The notes beneath the pieces are model-generated. The model was not told the DNA's origin. It saw only the letters and a list, made by a program, of their open reading frames with translations, and did not search any database. From Chrysomallon squamiferum (lineage: Eukaryota; Animalia; Mollusca): a DNA stretch of 64,000 bases. The position numbers and the translations under genes are program-made. Of this stretch, positions 19,301-32,447 are shown one piece after another. Numbering within the stretch: the stretch's first letter is position 1; every line of letters begins with the position of its first letter. The stretch covers positions 3,534,001-3,598,000 of the forward strand of contig CM022678.1 in the NCBI GenBank assembly GCA_012295275.1. The letters are read 5' to 3'.

Positions 19301-20671
19301 ACTTATGAAAGTGGTTTACAGAACAGTCGTTATTTGTGTAACATCAGTCTTGGAGGTGATATCCATTTTCTTCTGTCGTCAGTTGTGTTTGTATGTACAA
19401 GTACTTAATACGAACTTCAGTTATAAACATCACAGTTATGCATATGTTATGGCATGCGAACAAGTGTCTTCTGCTGGAATGCATTATATCTGAATCGAAT
19501 AGATGTAACATTTTACAAGATAATAAAAAAGAATAACTGTGCCCTTGTACTTTATGAAAAGTAAGTATTGTATCGTAGCAGGTGTGTACAGTAAGAATTT
19601 GATAAAGTCAAGGATGAAGGACAGTATTGTTGTTTGTTTCAAACTTCAGGTGCAGAAAATAAGATGTAGAAAAGCTGGTAGATATACTTGAAACAAAAAA
19701 GGGGTGAAAAAAAAGGAGAAGGTTTTGATACAGAGTAGGAATAATAAATACGAGTTGTTTCATTTTATTCAAGTTTGATTGAACTTCACTAGCATCAGGT
19801 CTTTTCAGGTGATAATAAAATTCTACACCCAGTTTTGTGATTTGTCAATATTAATCTGTTAGGTGTGCTTGCAACCTGAATATATTTTGTCTGATGATTG
19901 TTTTAATCCTTCACACTAATTTTTGATGACGGTGAAGTATATAGATGACCACAAGTTGCAGAATGAGTTGTTTTTTGTTTTTCCTTATTGGTGGAGATAG
20001 TTGTGAAATAATTTTATACTGAGTAAAATGATATATCAAGGTGGGAGTGGAAAGAATTCTGTATGTGAAATAACATCACAAAATAAAAATGGTTTGTATC
20101 AAGTAATTTATTCAGACTATTTCATTGTACCTCTTGGATATCATCAAAGGTACTCTTTAACAAATATTTTTCTTCTTTTTTTTTTTTCCATTTAATGTAC
20201 CTGGTGTATTGCAAGAGAAGAACTTTTTTATTTTATTTTTTTATTATTATTATTATAATATATATACCTGGCAGTTGTGCTTTTGTTAGTTTGCTTTTTA
20301 CCTTAGTATTATTTATTTTATTTATAAACCAAATTACAGAGAAATCTAAAATTAAATAAATTATTTATGTTAGAAATCTTTTTCAAGTCTTAGAATTTTG
20401 TTATGCATCATTTGTTACTAAATATTAAAAAACATACAGTGAATGAATTTATCCCATTTTTCATATTCCCAACAGTTATAGTTGATGAGTTTATGAAAAG
20501 TTATGATAATATTTACACTGAAAGAAAATATTTTGAATTTAATAGATTTCGTGGTTGAAAAAAAGATAAAAAAAAGATGGGTATTAAACATTTTTGTACT
20601 CAAAAAAAAAAAATAAAAAAAAAAAAAATTATGTAATAATATATAAAATATAATAATATATAAAGTTTCTT

Positions 20672-20709
<38 letters not shown>

Positions 20710-20899
20710 ATTATATTTTTTTATCAGTCTTTTTGGTACATTTTGCCACAGATCACACTACATATTTTATTCTTTTTGTTTTATTTTTATATTTTTTCAA
20801 TTGCATATTTTTCTGCAGACCATTTCACAGCAGCAGGTGATTTTATTAACTGTGTACAATTTTATTTGTGTCCTTAACATACCCTCTTCTCTCTTTCAG

Positions 20900-23800
20900 A
20901 TGCCAGAGGGCATCAAGAAATTTTGCGAAGTGTGTTCAAAATCTGGTCGAATTGCACGATTCAAACGCTTTCAGATCAGCTTTGAAGAGGCCATTTATAT
21001 GTGTGAATATGATAGTGTAAGTATGGTTTTAATCGGTTAACACATGAGCAAAACTATGGTATTGATTTTATGCACCATAAAATGTTGAGTAAAATATGTC
21101 AAACTTTTCAGTTCTCTGCTTAGAATGTTGGTGAAAATATTCGTTGTATTTTTCTTTTCTTGTTTTTCATTTTGAAAAATCTCAGTTGATGAACTTCCTT
21201 ATTGTTATTATAATTTGAATCTCTGTTATCTAATTAATTGCTTACCTGTACAGTCAGCGACCAATTTGTTTTTTTTTTTTTTTTTTCCGTTTTTTTTTTT
21301 AGATTATATTTTTTTAATGTAATTTTTATTTTATTATGTTTATATTTTTATAATTTAAAAAAAAGAATGTTATTTTATTTTTTTCTAATATTTTATTTTT
21401 AATGCTATAAGCTGAGTTGCTAAAAAATTATAATACATTTTGTAAAATAAAATATTCAATAAATAACTAAACACAATATTTATTTAACTGTCTATCTATA
21501 TATATATTTTTTTTTTTTGCAGTGTACTAATGAGATACATTGTAAAGATATTATTAGGCGTCACGTCTCTGAAATTCCAGTAATAACAGCAGCACGCAGA
21601 AGAGCTCTCATAGCATCTGGCAAAGTCAAACACTTGCGCAGTTTGACATCGTCGCCAACATTATCACGATCGTCAAGTCCTGGTAGTACACCGAGAACTC
21701 TTTCTCCTGATTTGGACTTCACCTCGCAGAGATCTGTCTGCAAGTTGTTTATTCCGTCACCGAAAGAAGACAGACAGTTTGTTCCTATCAGTAAGCCCGA
21801 CAGCGAGGTTGCCTCCCTTAGTACTGAACATGTGAAAGAAAGCTCTGACTTTCAGAGTGGCTGTTACAGTTTCGAACAATTGCTGTTAACCGGCAAAGGC
21901 TCATTTGATGATATTCTAGGATTTGACTTTGACAGGGAGGTTGCGGGCTTTATATCTCAACCTGATAGTGCTAGTACTTCAAATTCAGTTAGTGCTGCTC
22001 TTAACTGTGGTGGAAATAAAGCCAGCATGAGCGGAAATTCAAACATGGATACTACAATGGACACCAATGTGTCGGATGTGACGATGATCACGTGTAGCAA
22101 CAACAATAGCTCAGACAACGTCAGTGGAAATGTGAACATGGACACAGTGGAATCCAGTGCATCAGATGTGACGATGGTCACTTGTGGTAACAGTGGTACC
22201 TCGGACATGGACAACGGTGTGGCCACTGAAGCAAATGATGTTTGTGTTGAGAGTAACACAGTGCAGTCGACTGGTGCTGGCACTGTAGATGTCGAGTCAT
22301 CGATGATGATGACGACGACGGAACTGTCTTTTGACCAGACGATGCAAACAAGCGAATCAAATTCTCAGATGTTTTCTAACGTTCAAGACTCGAGTTTTGT
22401 TGCACCTGATGATAGCCAGGTGTCAGTGGGTGAAAGTGTTTTGCCTGTTCAAAATGTTTCCAGTTTTAATGTACCACAACAGATAATCACCACCAGTGAA
22501 AGCAATATAGTTGATAGTGCTGCTGATGACTCAAGTGTTAACAATGGGCACTATGTTGCTCAGGCCACAGTGCAAGGATTTGAAATGTCTGCCGAAGCCA
22601 ATCCAGAAATGGAAAGTGTCGGTTATGATTCGGGGATGTTGATGGAAAACGTAGTTGATTCACGGAGTAGTTCAGTTCCCGACAGGTCTGCCAGTGAATC
22701 GTACAGTGATGGTGTTAATGAGCAGTGCGACTCGGTGAATGGTGAACAGTTTCAAACAGCAGAGTCTGAAGCGGATGTCCCTGAAGCACAGAACATTGTC
22801 ACGTCAACGGAGGATTTGGACATGGACAGAAATGTAATGGACGAAACGGAATCCGAAAACTTTATGTCTGTGGGCAGCAGTGAAGAACTTGTCAAGACGG
22901 AGGAAGATGATGAGGTGGTAGCTGCCAACACGTTGATGCAGCAAGCACAGGGCTATGCAGTTGTTGCGAATGTTGAAAAGTATGCATCTGCCACAGCAGA
23001 AGTGGTTGAGACTGCTCCTGATGCAGAAGACAGTGTTATCTCGGCTAGTGGTGATGTCGCAACACCAGATTCAGGTGTAGTTCAGTCCGACCAGATTCCT
23101 GAGAATTCTAGTGTTTCAGCAGATGGTCAGTTCTTGTCTGACATGTCTAATGAAACTGAGGAAAGAAGTGAGGTTCAGGCTTCAGACCACTTGCAAGAGA
23201 TGTCCTTGTCAGAACAACAAGGAGAAATGACAGTCCAGCATGGGGAGGCTGTTGGTGAAGAAGGAGACCAGTTACATGTGGGAAGTATTGTCGGTACTGA
23301 AGGACAGAATTTGGTGAGTGTTGAGCAAGGCTCTCAACCAATCACTGAAAATACTGAAGCCGTTACTAATTCTGATGAGATACCAGTGGAAAGTGAGACT
23401 GCTTCTGGAGAGTTGGTCCAGACTGTAGTGGACACAAGCGGCACTGTTACCGAAGTTCCTCAAGCAGATACCACAGCTTATGCATCAGAAGGAGCTGTTA
23501 CTGATGCTTCTCAGTTGATTACCCAAGTTTCTGAAGCTGAGACCATAGGAGGGGCTGTTGCAGAACAAGGTGAGTTAATCTCCGAGGGAGGTTGTGTATC
23601 TCAGGCTGCTGAAGCAGACTCGGCACACCTGACAGAAGAACAGATGTCTGCTGTCACCAGCAGTGAGATGATGACAGAAGGAAGAATAGTCTTTGTTAAC
23701 CAACCTTCATTTGACCAGGCCACAGGAGAGATCTCTTTTGGAGATGGTTCTTACCAGTCCATGGAATCACTGAATGAACCTGGAAATGTGTTAGCTTCTG

Positions 23801-26800
23801 ACGGCGGTTCCAGTTCTGTTAGTGAAGGTCAGATATTGGTTACTGCAAACCAACCAACGAACAATATGAATGCAGATACATCAGTATTAACAACAGAATC
23901 AGTAGCTATACAGCCTGCTGTGGATACAAATACTGAAGTTTCTGCTTTAACTACCACAAGTGGAACAAATGAAACCCAAGAGAATATTGAGAATGCAGAT
24001 GCAAAACAAACACTTCCAGATGTTTTAAATACACATACACAACTAGCCGTACAGAAATCCAGTTCATCAAGTAATTCTATGTCTTTTCAAGATGTTTTTA
24101 TGCAAGCCATTGCACAGAAATCTGTCACTAAAGAGCAGAAACCTGCTTCTAAAGAGACAAAGTCTGCTGTTAAACGTTCTAAAGTAGAAATCTATCGCCA
24201 ATCTGCAGTCGAGACAGCAAATGCGCTCGTCGAGTTGGGCAACCTTCCTGGTAAAGACTCAGTGGTCACAGCTTCTTCTCCACAGTCAGCAGCTGTTTCC
24301 AGTACCCATAATGCAGCTGAGACTGTCGCAGTCTATCAGGAAGGTACCCAGCCACAGCTTGAATCTCAAACAATGGAACCACAGTCTGTCGACCCAGGAC
24401 AAAAAGAAACATCCGAGTCACTGGCCTTCCAGATGCTTACTGCTGGTCTCTCACCACAGTTTCCTTTTGGTCAGTCTAAAGGTGAGGATGGGTCAGAAAG
24501 TGGATCAATGGCCGAGACGTCTCAGACTCCTGCAGATCAGGCCTCTGGGCCAGTTTCCATGGAGACAAATGCAGGTGAAGCAGTGTCGACAGACATCTTG
24601 CAGCAGTCAATGGAAGCCATTACACTAACTCCGGAGCAGCTGCAGCAGCTGACAATATCAAACAGTGCTGTAGTAACTAACGCTGCTGTCAGCCAAACGG
24701 CGGAATTTGCAGAAACTGCAGTTGTGGATGGTTCCTTAGTGGATAGCAGCAGCAGCAACCAGTCTTACCAAGTTGTCCAGTCGTCTACTGGTTCGTCAGA
24801 GCCGATTACTCAAACAATACTGTCCCAGATGATGCAGCAAGGTCAGCTTCCTGAGACAGGAAGAACAGTTCCGCAGACAATTAGCAAAGAGTTGCTGGAA
24901 AAGATACAGTCTCAGTTAGGATCCTCAGCTAAAAACATCATCCTGCAGACGTCAAGTGGAACAATCATACAGACTTTGTCGTTGCCCCAGTCACAGTCTC
25001 TGTCCTCCCAGATTAATCCCAGTGGAACTTTAACCGTGCCTGGAACAGTAACTGCATCAACATCGTTGGCTGCAACTGGACTGCTCAGCACCTCTAGTCT
25101 CCTGCCTCAAATGACCACAACTGTTGTGGACAGTGAAATGGTCATTGCCAACCTCTTGCTTAGTGCCATTTCAGAAGGTGGGCAAGAGGAGGAAATCCAG
25201 GTCCCGGAAGGAGTCCTTGTGAACGTTCTTCTCCAGTGGCAGAACCGAGATGCCATGTGCTGGCTGGATGTGGTGATGTGCCTCTTGTGCAACAGCTACA
25301 CAATGCAGGAACGCATCAGCAGTGATGTGGACGGACAGCTTCAGGACACGGTGTTGATGACTCTCATGAAGGCTTATTACCAGGCACAGAACATCGTGCA
25401 AAAACTGTCCATCATTAAACTTGGAGAAAGCGATGAAGCTGGTGCGGATTTCACCAATGGTGGAGCCAGTGCAGGGGCAGCCGCTACTTCAGAACTTGCT
25501 GCTGGATCCACTGGGTTCAGTGCTGCTGGAGGTGACGCTGGCAGCCTGTTGGAAAGCAAGAAGAAGCTGGCCGCCAGTCTGTCCAAAAAGGTGATGGAGA
25601 AGCTGACCGAGGCTGCCACAATTCTCGACGACATCAGAGAAAAGATGTGGGACGTCATGCAACCAAGACTGCGATGCGAGCGAGGCAAAAACGACAGTCC
25701 AGTAATAGCACTGCCGTTGCTGGTGCGCGACAATGCCATGCTGAAGGAAATGTTCAAGATGGAGTACAGTTTCTCTTTGTGTGTGAGAAGTGCAACTACA
25801 CACAGCTGGACAACCATTCCAAGATTCTGCCATCCTTCCCATCTGTGTCGGTCGACTTCAGCATGAACGAGCCAAGCTTCATGAGGAAATGTTTTGAGTG
25901 CAGTGCACCAAACCAAAGAATGAGAATGCAGTATAAAAGGTAACTATTATTAAGATGAGAAAATGTTGATATTATTATTATTTGAAATTTAACTGAATTC
26001 AGTTTTGGAAAAAAAAAATTTTTTTATAAACTGAAATGTAATAGAATAGGTTTCAGTTTTTATTTAAAAAAATAAAAATATAATAATAAAAGCGAATTAA
26101 TCTGAATATATTGACTGAAAAAAAAAAAAATGTGTTGCAGATAATTAATCAAAAACATAATTTATATATATATGCATACATACATTGACATACATATTTT
26201 TTGTTTTTATTTTAAATTTTATTTTTATTGTCAGGTTATATTAACATACTTAATATTGTAGGTCATTTATCATCTACATTTTTAACATTTTATTTAAGCA
26301 ATAATTAGTATGCAAAATATAGAATTTTTCAAAATGAATTTATTTATTTATTAATAAATTAATTATTATTATTATTATTATTATTTTTAATATTTTTTAT
26401 TTTTTTTGTTTTTCATGTGCTAATTAGTCGAATGTTTAAATTTTCTGCTCTCTCTGTTCCAGTCTACCTGAAATCCTGCTGCTGCATTTCACCCAGGGAT
26501 TACCTCACAACAATTTACAAGACCTGGAATTTGAGTTTGATGGTCACTACACTGTCACTGGAGTTGTGCAGTACAAGAACAACCCTGACCACTTCGTCAC
26601 GTATATTCGCAACGGCATAGGTGAGTTCACAGTGTGAAAACAACTTACACACCTGACTTCTTATTTAGGAAACTTTAGACCAGGGGTTTCACAACAAGTT
26701 GGTTTTCGTAAAATGTAAAATAAACATGTAAAAGTAAAGAAAAAAATTGGATTTAACAAATTAATTCACTTAGAAATTTGGTTTTTAGGAAGCCTTGTAG

Positions 26801-29800
26801 CTGGTTATGGTAGCTGTATTTTATTAGTGTTGGTACTGGCAAATGTACATATAATGTACTTCTAAAAATGTAACCTTTGAGCAGGTTCTGTAAAAGTGTA
26901 GTAACGAGGCTACATTTTCCAGACAGGTCATTTTGTGATATAAAAAAAAAAAGGACATATTGCATGAATCTTATTTGTATTTTTACTTTTTTCTTTCTTT
27001 CTTTTTTCTTTCTTTCTTCTTCTTCTTCTTCTTCTTCTTATTATTGTTGTTATTATTTAGATTATTTTAATTATTATTATTTTATTTATTTTTTGCTACT
27101 ATGCACCCTATAACACAAAAACTAATATTTTTCTTAAAGTGTATGTTTATTTCTTGTTATAAAAAATTAAAGAGCTGTTAAAAATAATTTTATCTTTGGA
27201 TTATAAAAATGAAGCACTTGCATTATTCTGCTGTCATTCATTAGTAGCTTTATAATGAAATATAATGTAGATTTAACCATTTTGGTATATTTAACTTTGA
27301 TACCCAACAGCCGATGTATTTTTTGGTGCTGGGGTGTTGTTAAACATTCATTCAGTCATTATAACGTAGACTGTTGTAAGATAGGAGCAAAATGGAAAAT
27401 TTAATAGCAGTTTATCTTCGATGTTAAGAATGGTGAATGAAAACGTTATTTAATTATGAATTTGGTCATTTTATTTTCACATTTCATCATTAATTTGCTC
27501 TTTCTTCCAGCCCAGCAGTGGTTAGAGTACGATGACCTTAAATCAACCTTGTGTCAGTTCAAGGATATGACCCCATGTATTCCAGCAGAACAGATTCACA
27601 TTGTCATGTGGGAGAAGAATCTGTGTGACACAGCGTATTATCAGCGTGTGAACACTGTATTGTCAGAACTGCTGACATCTGAATACATGCCTGTACCTCT
27701 GATACCAGTTCCTGGCATGCCACCAAGCACTCTGGCCACCATAGGCTCCGTTGTGACCACTCCTAATGTGGCCATCTTGAAACGAGGACCAAAACGAAAG
27801 GTGGAGATATCACCAGGCGCCGTATCTGTGTCGACTAACGCGACGATGTCGACGGTGAAAACAAGCCTGCCCTCTGTGGAGCACGTCCTCCTTCCAGGCC
27901 TCACTCCTGTGACAGCAAGCTCTGGTTCAGGAACCTCGTCCATTTTACAGATGTCATCGTCTTCGACGGATCAAATGGTTCAGACAAAATTGGTTTCTAC
28001 TGCTGCATCAGCAGGACTGGGAAGTGACTCCAGCCAGCAGCCGTCCCGCAAGGTGAAAGTTTTCATCATGAAGCCTGGCACAGGCACCACAGGCACCAAT
28101 ACTTACAATGCAGAGAACATGAGGAACATTCTCCAGGCCAATCAGAACATAATTCTCCCACAGGAGATGCCAGCTGGGCGAGGTAGGGGCCGAGGGCGAG
28201 GCAGAGGAAAAGCTGTCCAGAAAACAACGGTTGTGGGCAGCAAGTCTAAAATGTATGTGATCAACCTTGCCAAGACGACTCCTGCTAAGGGAACTGGTGT
28301 TGGAGGTTTAACGAATCGGGGTGATGTTGAGACAGAAGCCGCGGTTTCTGGTCTGGTGTCCAGTGCGTTTGAAACAGACCAGCAGATTCTTAATGATGGA
28401 AATGTTCAGCCTGGAATGACAGCAGGCACAGCTCCAGGAGCTCAGCTGATCATCAGAAAACTGGACTCTCAGAACCGCACGGTGGGAAGACAGGTGAATG
28501 TGTCCAACGTGTCCACCACCAACAAGAATGGCGACAGCATCATCAGTGCAGAACTGCTGCAGCATCTGATTAAGAACAAGATAATTCCTCAGAGCAACGA
28601 CCCCAACTCGAAAATTGTAATAAGCATTGTGAAAAAGACGCCAGACATGGGGCAGACCAAGAAGGTTGTGACGAGCAGAACATCGGGAAATTACACGTAC
28701 ACTCAGGGCACTTCATTGTTGAAAAACGATTCTGGCACTTCAACCATCACTTCTGGATCTTCTCCTCAAACCTTCATAACAGTTAGAACGGCAGATGGTA
28801 AATTCTCCATGCTGAAGTCACATCCAGGGGTGACCAGCACCCAGAACATACAGACCTACGTCAAGGCAGCTGGACATGGCAGCAAAGCCACAGCGACTGC
28901 TACCAGTCTGCTCCAGCTGAGTCAGAATGTAAGGGAGACTACTATTCACGACGCCAGCGTGACCCCGATGATGCCTGGCACGTCGCTGCTGAATCCTCCG
29001 CAGACCTCACAGCAAAGCATGACTCAGGAGTCTCTGGACAGCCTCGCCCAGCAGCTTGTATCAGGTGGTGCTGAAGGGTTTTCGGTGCTCAGTGATCCCA
29101 ATGCCCAGCCTGGAGGTATTGTCGGTGACAGCGTGTCAATGGAGACATTGCAGTCTACGCCTGGATTTGGCATTGCTGAAGGAAGTATGGAAATGGCAGC
29201 CTCTGAGAACGTGGAAATGGCTGCTGCTGGCAACATTGATGAAACAGCTGCTGTGACCGAAGAGTCTGAGATGCCAATTTACTCTGGTCTGATGCCAATT
29301 GGTTTTGATGCAGTACAGCAGTCGGACACATCGGCTTTTTCAAACATCGCTGAAGTGCTGGCTGAGTTGGAGACGGTGAATCCTCCTCCTGCAGAAAAAG
29401 CCCAGTACTTCCTCAAAGCTATAACGCAGAGACTGAGCACCACGATACTGTCTGAGAATTCTCCTGCAGTCAAAGCTGCAGCAGCTGAACAGGCTGGCTT
29501 AGCCACCTCAGATGTGCCAATCGAACAAGCAGTGGCATCTGACGTAGCCCTTGACCAGAACATAGCATACATGCCCCTGGAACAAGGTGTCAGCACTGAC
29601 ATACCTTTGGAACAAGCAATAGAACAGACCACTGGCGTTCCGGTTGACGAAGTCGGCTCGCTCGGAGCAACAAGTCTGACAGGGCAGACATTCCAGCAGA
29701 TCCCGCCTCCAGCCATAGCAACACAGACTTCGAGTTTCTCAACCACATCGCAGACTGTTCAGAAGAGCGTCAACCAGAAATCTCTTCTCAACATCAGCAA

Positions 29801-32447
29801 GACGGTGGAACCAGACACAATAAATGTGAACATCCCACGCAATCCTGACACATCAAAAAGAACCACAAACTTGCTCGAGCAGACACCCGAAGTCACGGAA
29901 ATGATCTATATCCAGACGTCTGAAATGGACGGCTACAAGCGGGCAGTGACTGTTAAGCCAGGCACCTCATACCTCGAAGCCATCAAACCATTCTTGAAGT
30001 CGACATCCAACAAGACGAAAATCAAAGTTCAGACTTTTGACAGTTACAGATCAAAGACGGCAGCAACCACAGCAACATCTGCCATACAGACTACTGGTGA
30101 GGAAGGCAAACAAGCAGTTTCGCCCAGTAAGATGGTGATGAATGTTATCAGTGGACAACAGGTTCCAGTTACAAGAGGCAGGGGTAGGGGTAGAGGTCGT
30201 GGAAGGGGCCGTGGCAGAGGTGGGGTTGGTAACACAGATGGAAGGAAAATAATTCAGGTTGAACGTAGTGGAAACAGAATTTCTTTGCCTGTTACATCTG
30301 GTACAGTGACTCGACAGATTCAAGTGACAAAGAATGCTGATGGCAACATCATTCTTTCAACTCCTCTGTCAACCCACAAGGAACCTGAGAAGAAATACAT
30401 AGTTCAGAGCATTGGTCGAAGTGGTGGTCCAGTCACCATAAGCTCTGAGAGCCTTTTGTCGACATCGCTTTTGAACAGAAGCTCTGGAGGCGAACCATCA
30501 ACAATTGTTCGGATACAAGGAAAAGGTTCACCCAGCGTTCAGAGTCTTATTTCACCAGCTAAAAGTGAAACTGCATCCACAACCTCAGCATCCACGATCA
30601 CCTCACCATTACATATCCTTCCTGATGGACGTATTGTTCAGATCATTCAAAAGCATCGACAGATCCCCAAGCTCTCCGAGACGTCAGCTGTGACAACACC
30701 CACCCTTCCTACATTTAATCTCAACTCCATGACCAGCACTACTCAGACATCACCGTCAGCAACATCAACCTTATCAGATATTCAGCTAGCATCAACGGCA
30801 TCTTCCACCGACATGTTGCAGTCAATGCCAACAATTTCAGACAATTCTGTAATCAATATCACCATGGCCCCAGGCAGCACTGAACCAAAAACTGTTGTGT
30901 CCGAGAGTGTTGTTAATGAAATGGCAGCAGATGCAACTGAGACGTCAGATCAGTCGGCATCTACACAGACTGCAGTCACAGACGTTGTTATGCAGTCAGA
31001 GGAAACGGTCTCAGCAGCTACATCAGAAGACCAGTCTGTTTTAGCACAGGCAGCAGCTCTGATGCTGGCCAATTCTGCAGGAATTTCCACTTCAGGTCCT
31101 GTCCAGACAAGTGACACTACCACAGCAGTTCAGTCAGAGAGCACTCTGACATTCGTGACCATGAGTTCATCCACGAAGACATCAGAAACACCCACATCAG
31201 TTACTCAGGCAGCAGCACCTACGGCAGAGCAGACCGTCGAAGCAGAATCGGTCAAATCTCCACCTAAAAGCCAAGATGCTTCAGTTGGTGCTACTCCAAC
31301 AGCAACATCGGCAGCCAGGACCTCTCTGTTCGACAGCTTCACAGCTCCAGACAAAGTGGCCCAAGCGCTTGCCAAGGCTCAGGAGAAAGCAGCTATAGCT
31401 CGGGCACTTCTGAATGAATTACCAAAGTCAGGATCTCCCGTCCTCATTCATTCCAGTCAGGTGCCAAAGCTTCCACCAAACATAACTCCTGTCCTCAAAA
31501 GTATTGTTTCGGATCCAGCATCTAAACTGAAGTCACCTGTTAAGAATGCCGGAACACCAGCTTCAACAGCCGAGGAATCGAAGAAGATGCCCAATAACGT
31601 AGGGGCAGCCTCAAATTTATCTGATGAATCATCACCAGCCAGTTCTGTGTCATCGAGTCCAGTTAAAGCAAAGTCTGCGAAAGAGGTGCTGGTTATTTCT
31701 GACGACTCCTCACCAACGATAGGAGTTATGAAATCCATGAAAGACACCATAGTCAGTCCTGATGGTTCTCCAAAAGTAACAACAAAAGTTTTCACAGAGG
31801 AATCCAGTAGATTGCCTTCCACGGCAACACCAAAAGAACGCGTTGTGAAGCCGACTAAGGCAGAGGACAAGACTGTTGAAGCAAGTCCCTCAGCAAAAGA
31901 TCATGTGTACGTTACAAAGAAGGAAAAGCCAACCATTTCATTTACAAAAAGTCCAGTTACTATGGCACACACTCAGAAAGACGGCAAAACTCCAGTTAAG
32001 AGATCTCAGGCAGACTCCGAGGGAGAACCTGTTAAAAGACCAAGGGGTAGGCCACCCAAATCTGCTAAAGAAAACGTTGGAGTCAAAAGACCAGCCTCTC
32101 CTGCTGAAAGCACAGTCCCAGCTAAAGTCCAGAAACTGTCGACACCTGCTAAGACTGCCAGTCCTGCGAGCGAAAAAGGCATCAGTGCTAGCAAGGCCGC
32201 TGAAATGAAGACTGCCAGTCCTCTTCCTGCTGAAGCTAAAACCAAAGGCAGGGGCAGGGGTGTTGCTAAGCAGTCCCCTGCCTCTTCACCAAGTCCTGCA
32301 GGGAGAGGAAGGGGTAGAGGCTTGAAAACACAAACCCCTGAACCGCCTGGCAGTAATAAACCAGACACGTCTGGATCGCCTTTACTGTCTCCAGGAGGAA
32401 GACCAAAGAGAAACTGCGGACTTCCTGCCAGGTTTAAAGATGACTGA
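20900..32447 (+). CDS. USPL1: SUMO-specific isopeptidase USPL1-like (peptidase C98). Exons 20900-21016, 21523-25939 (1-nt frameshift at about 25776-25778), 26463-26620, 27511-32447; about 3,209 aa if the frameshift is corrected
   Basis: N-terminal Cys motif FCEVCSKSGRIARFKRFQISFEEAIYMCEYDSC resembles the human USPL1 N-terminus. Catalytic Cys box QWQNRDAMCWLD, Zn-binding pairs CEKC and CFEC, LHFTQGLP, His box QYKNNPDHFVTYI and WLEYDDLK are all present. All introns are GT-AG with consistent phases. Confidence 0.9.
27296..27360 (+). mobile_element. 3' tail fragment of a SINE-like repeat
   Basis: acccaacagccgatgtatt...gtgctggggtgttgttaaacattcattcagtcatt ends in a (CATT)n tail typical of retroposon 3' ends. 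Family recognised from memory only. Confidence 0.5.

Noticed and set aside
20871-20899. TCCTTAAC U12-like branch point before the first USPL1 coding exon
   Set aside because: I found no RTATCCTT donor upstream in 16300-20870, and a normal pyrimidine tract is present.
21517-32447. The 1449-aa and 1663-aa ORFs as two separate genes (mucin-like or viral)
   Set aside because: They carry the two halves of one C98 catalytic domain, joined through exon 26463-26620.
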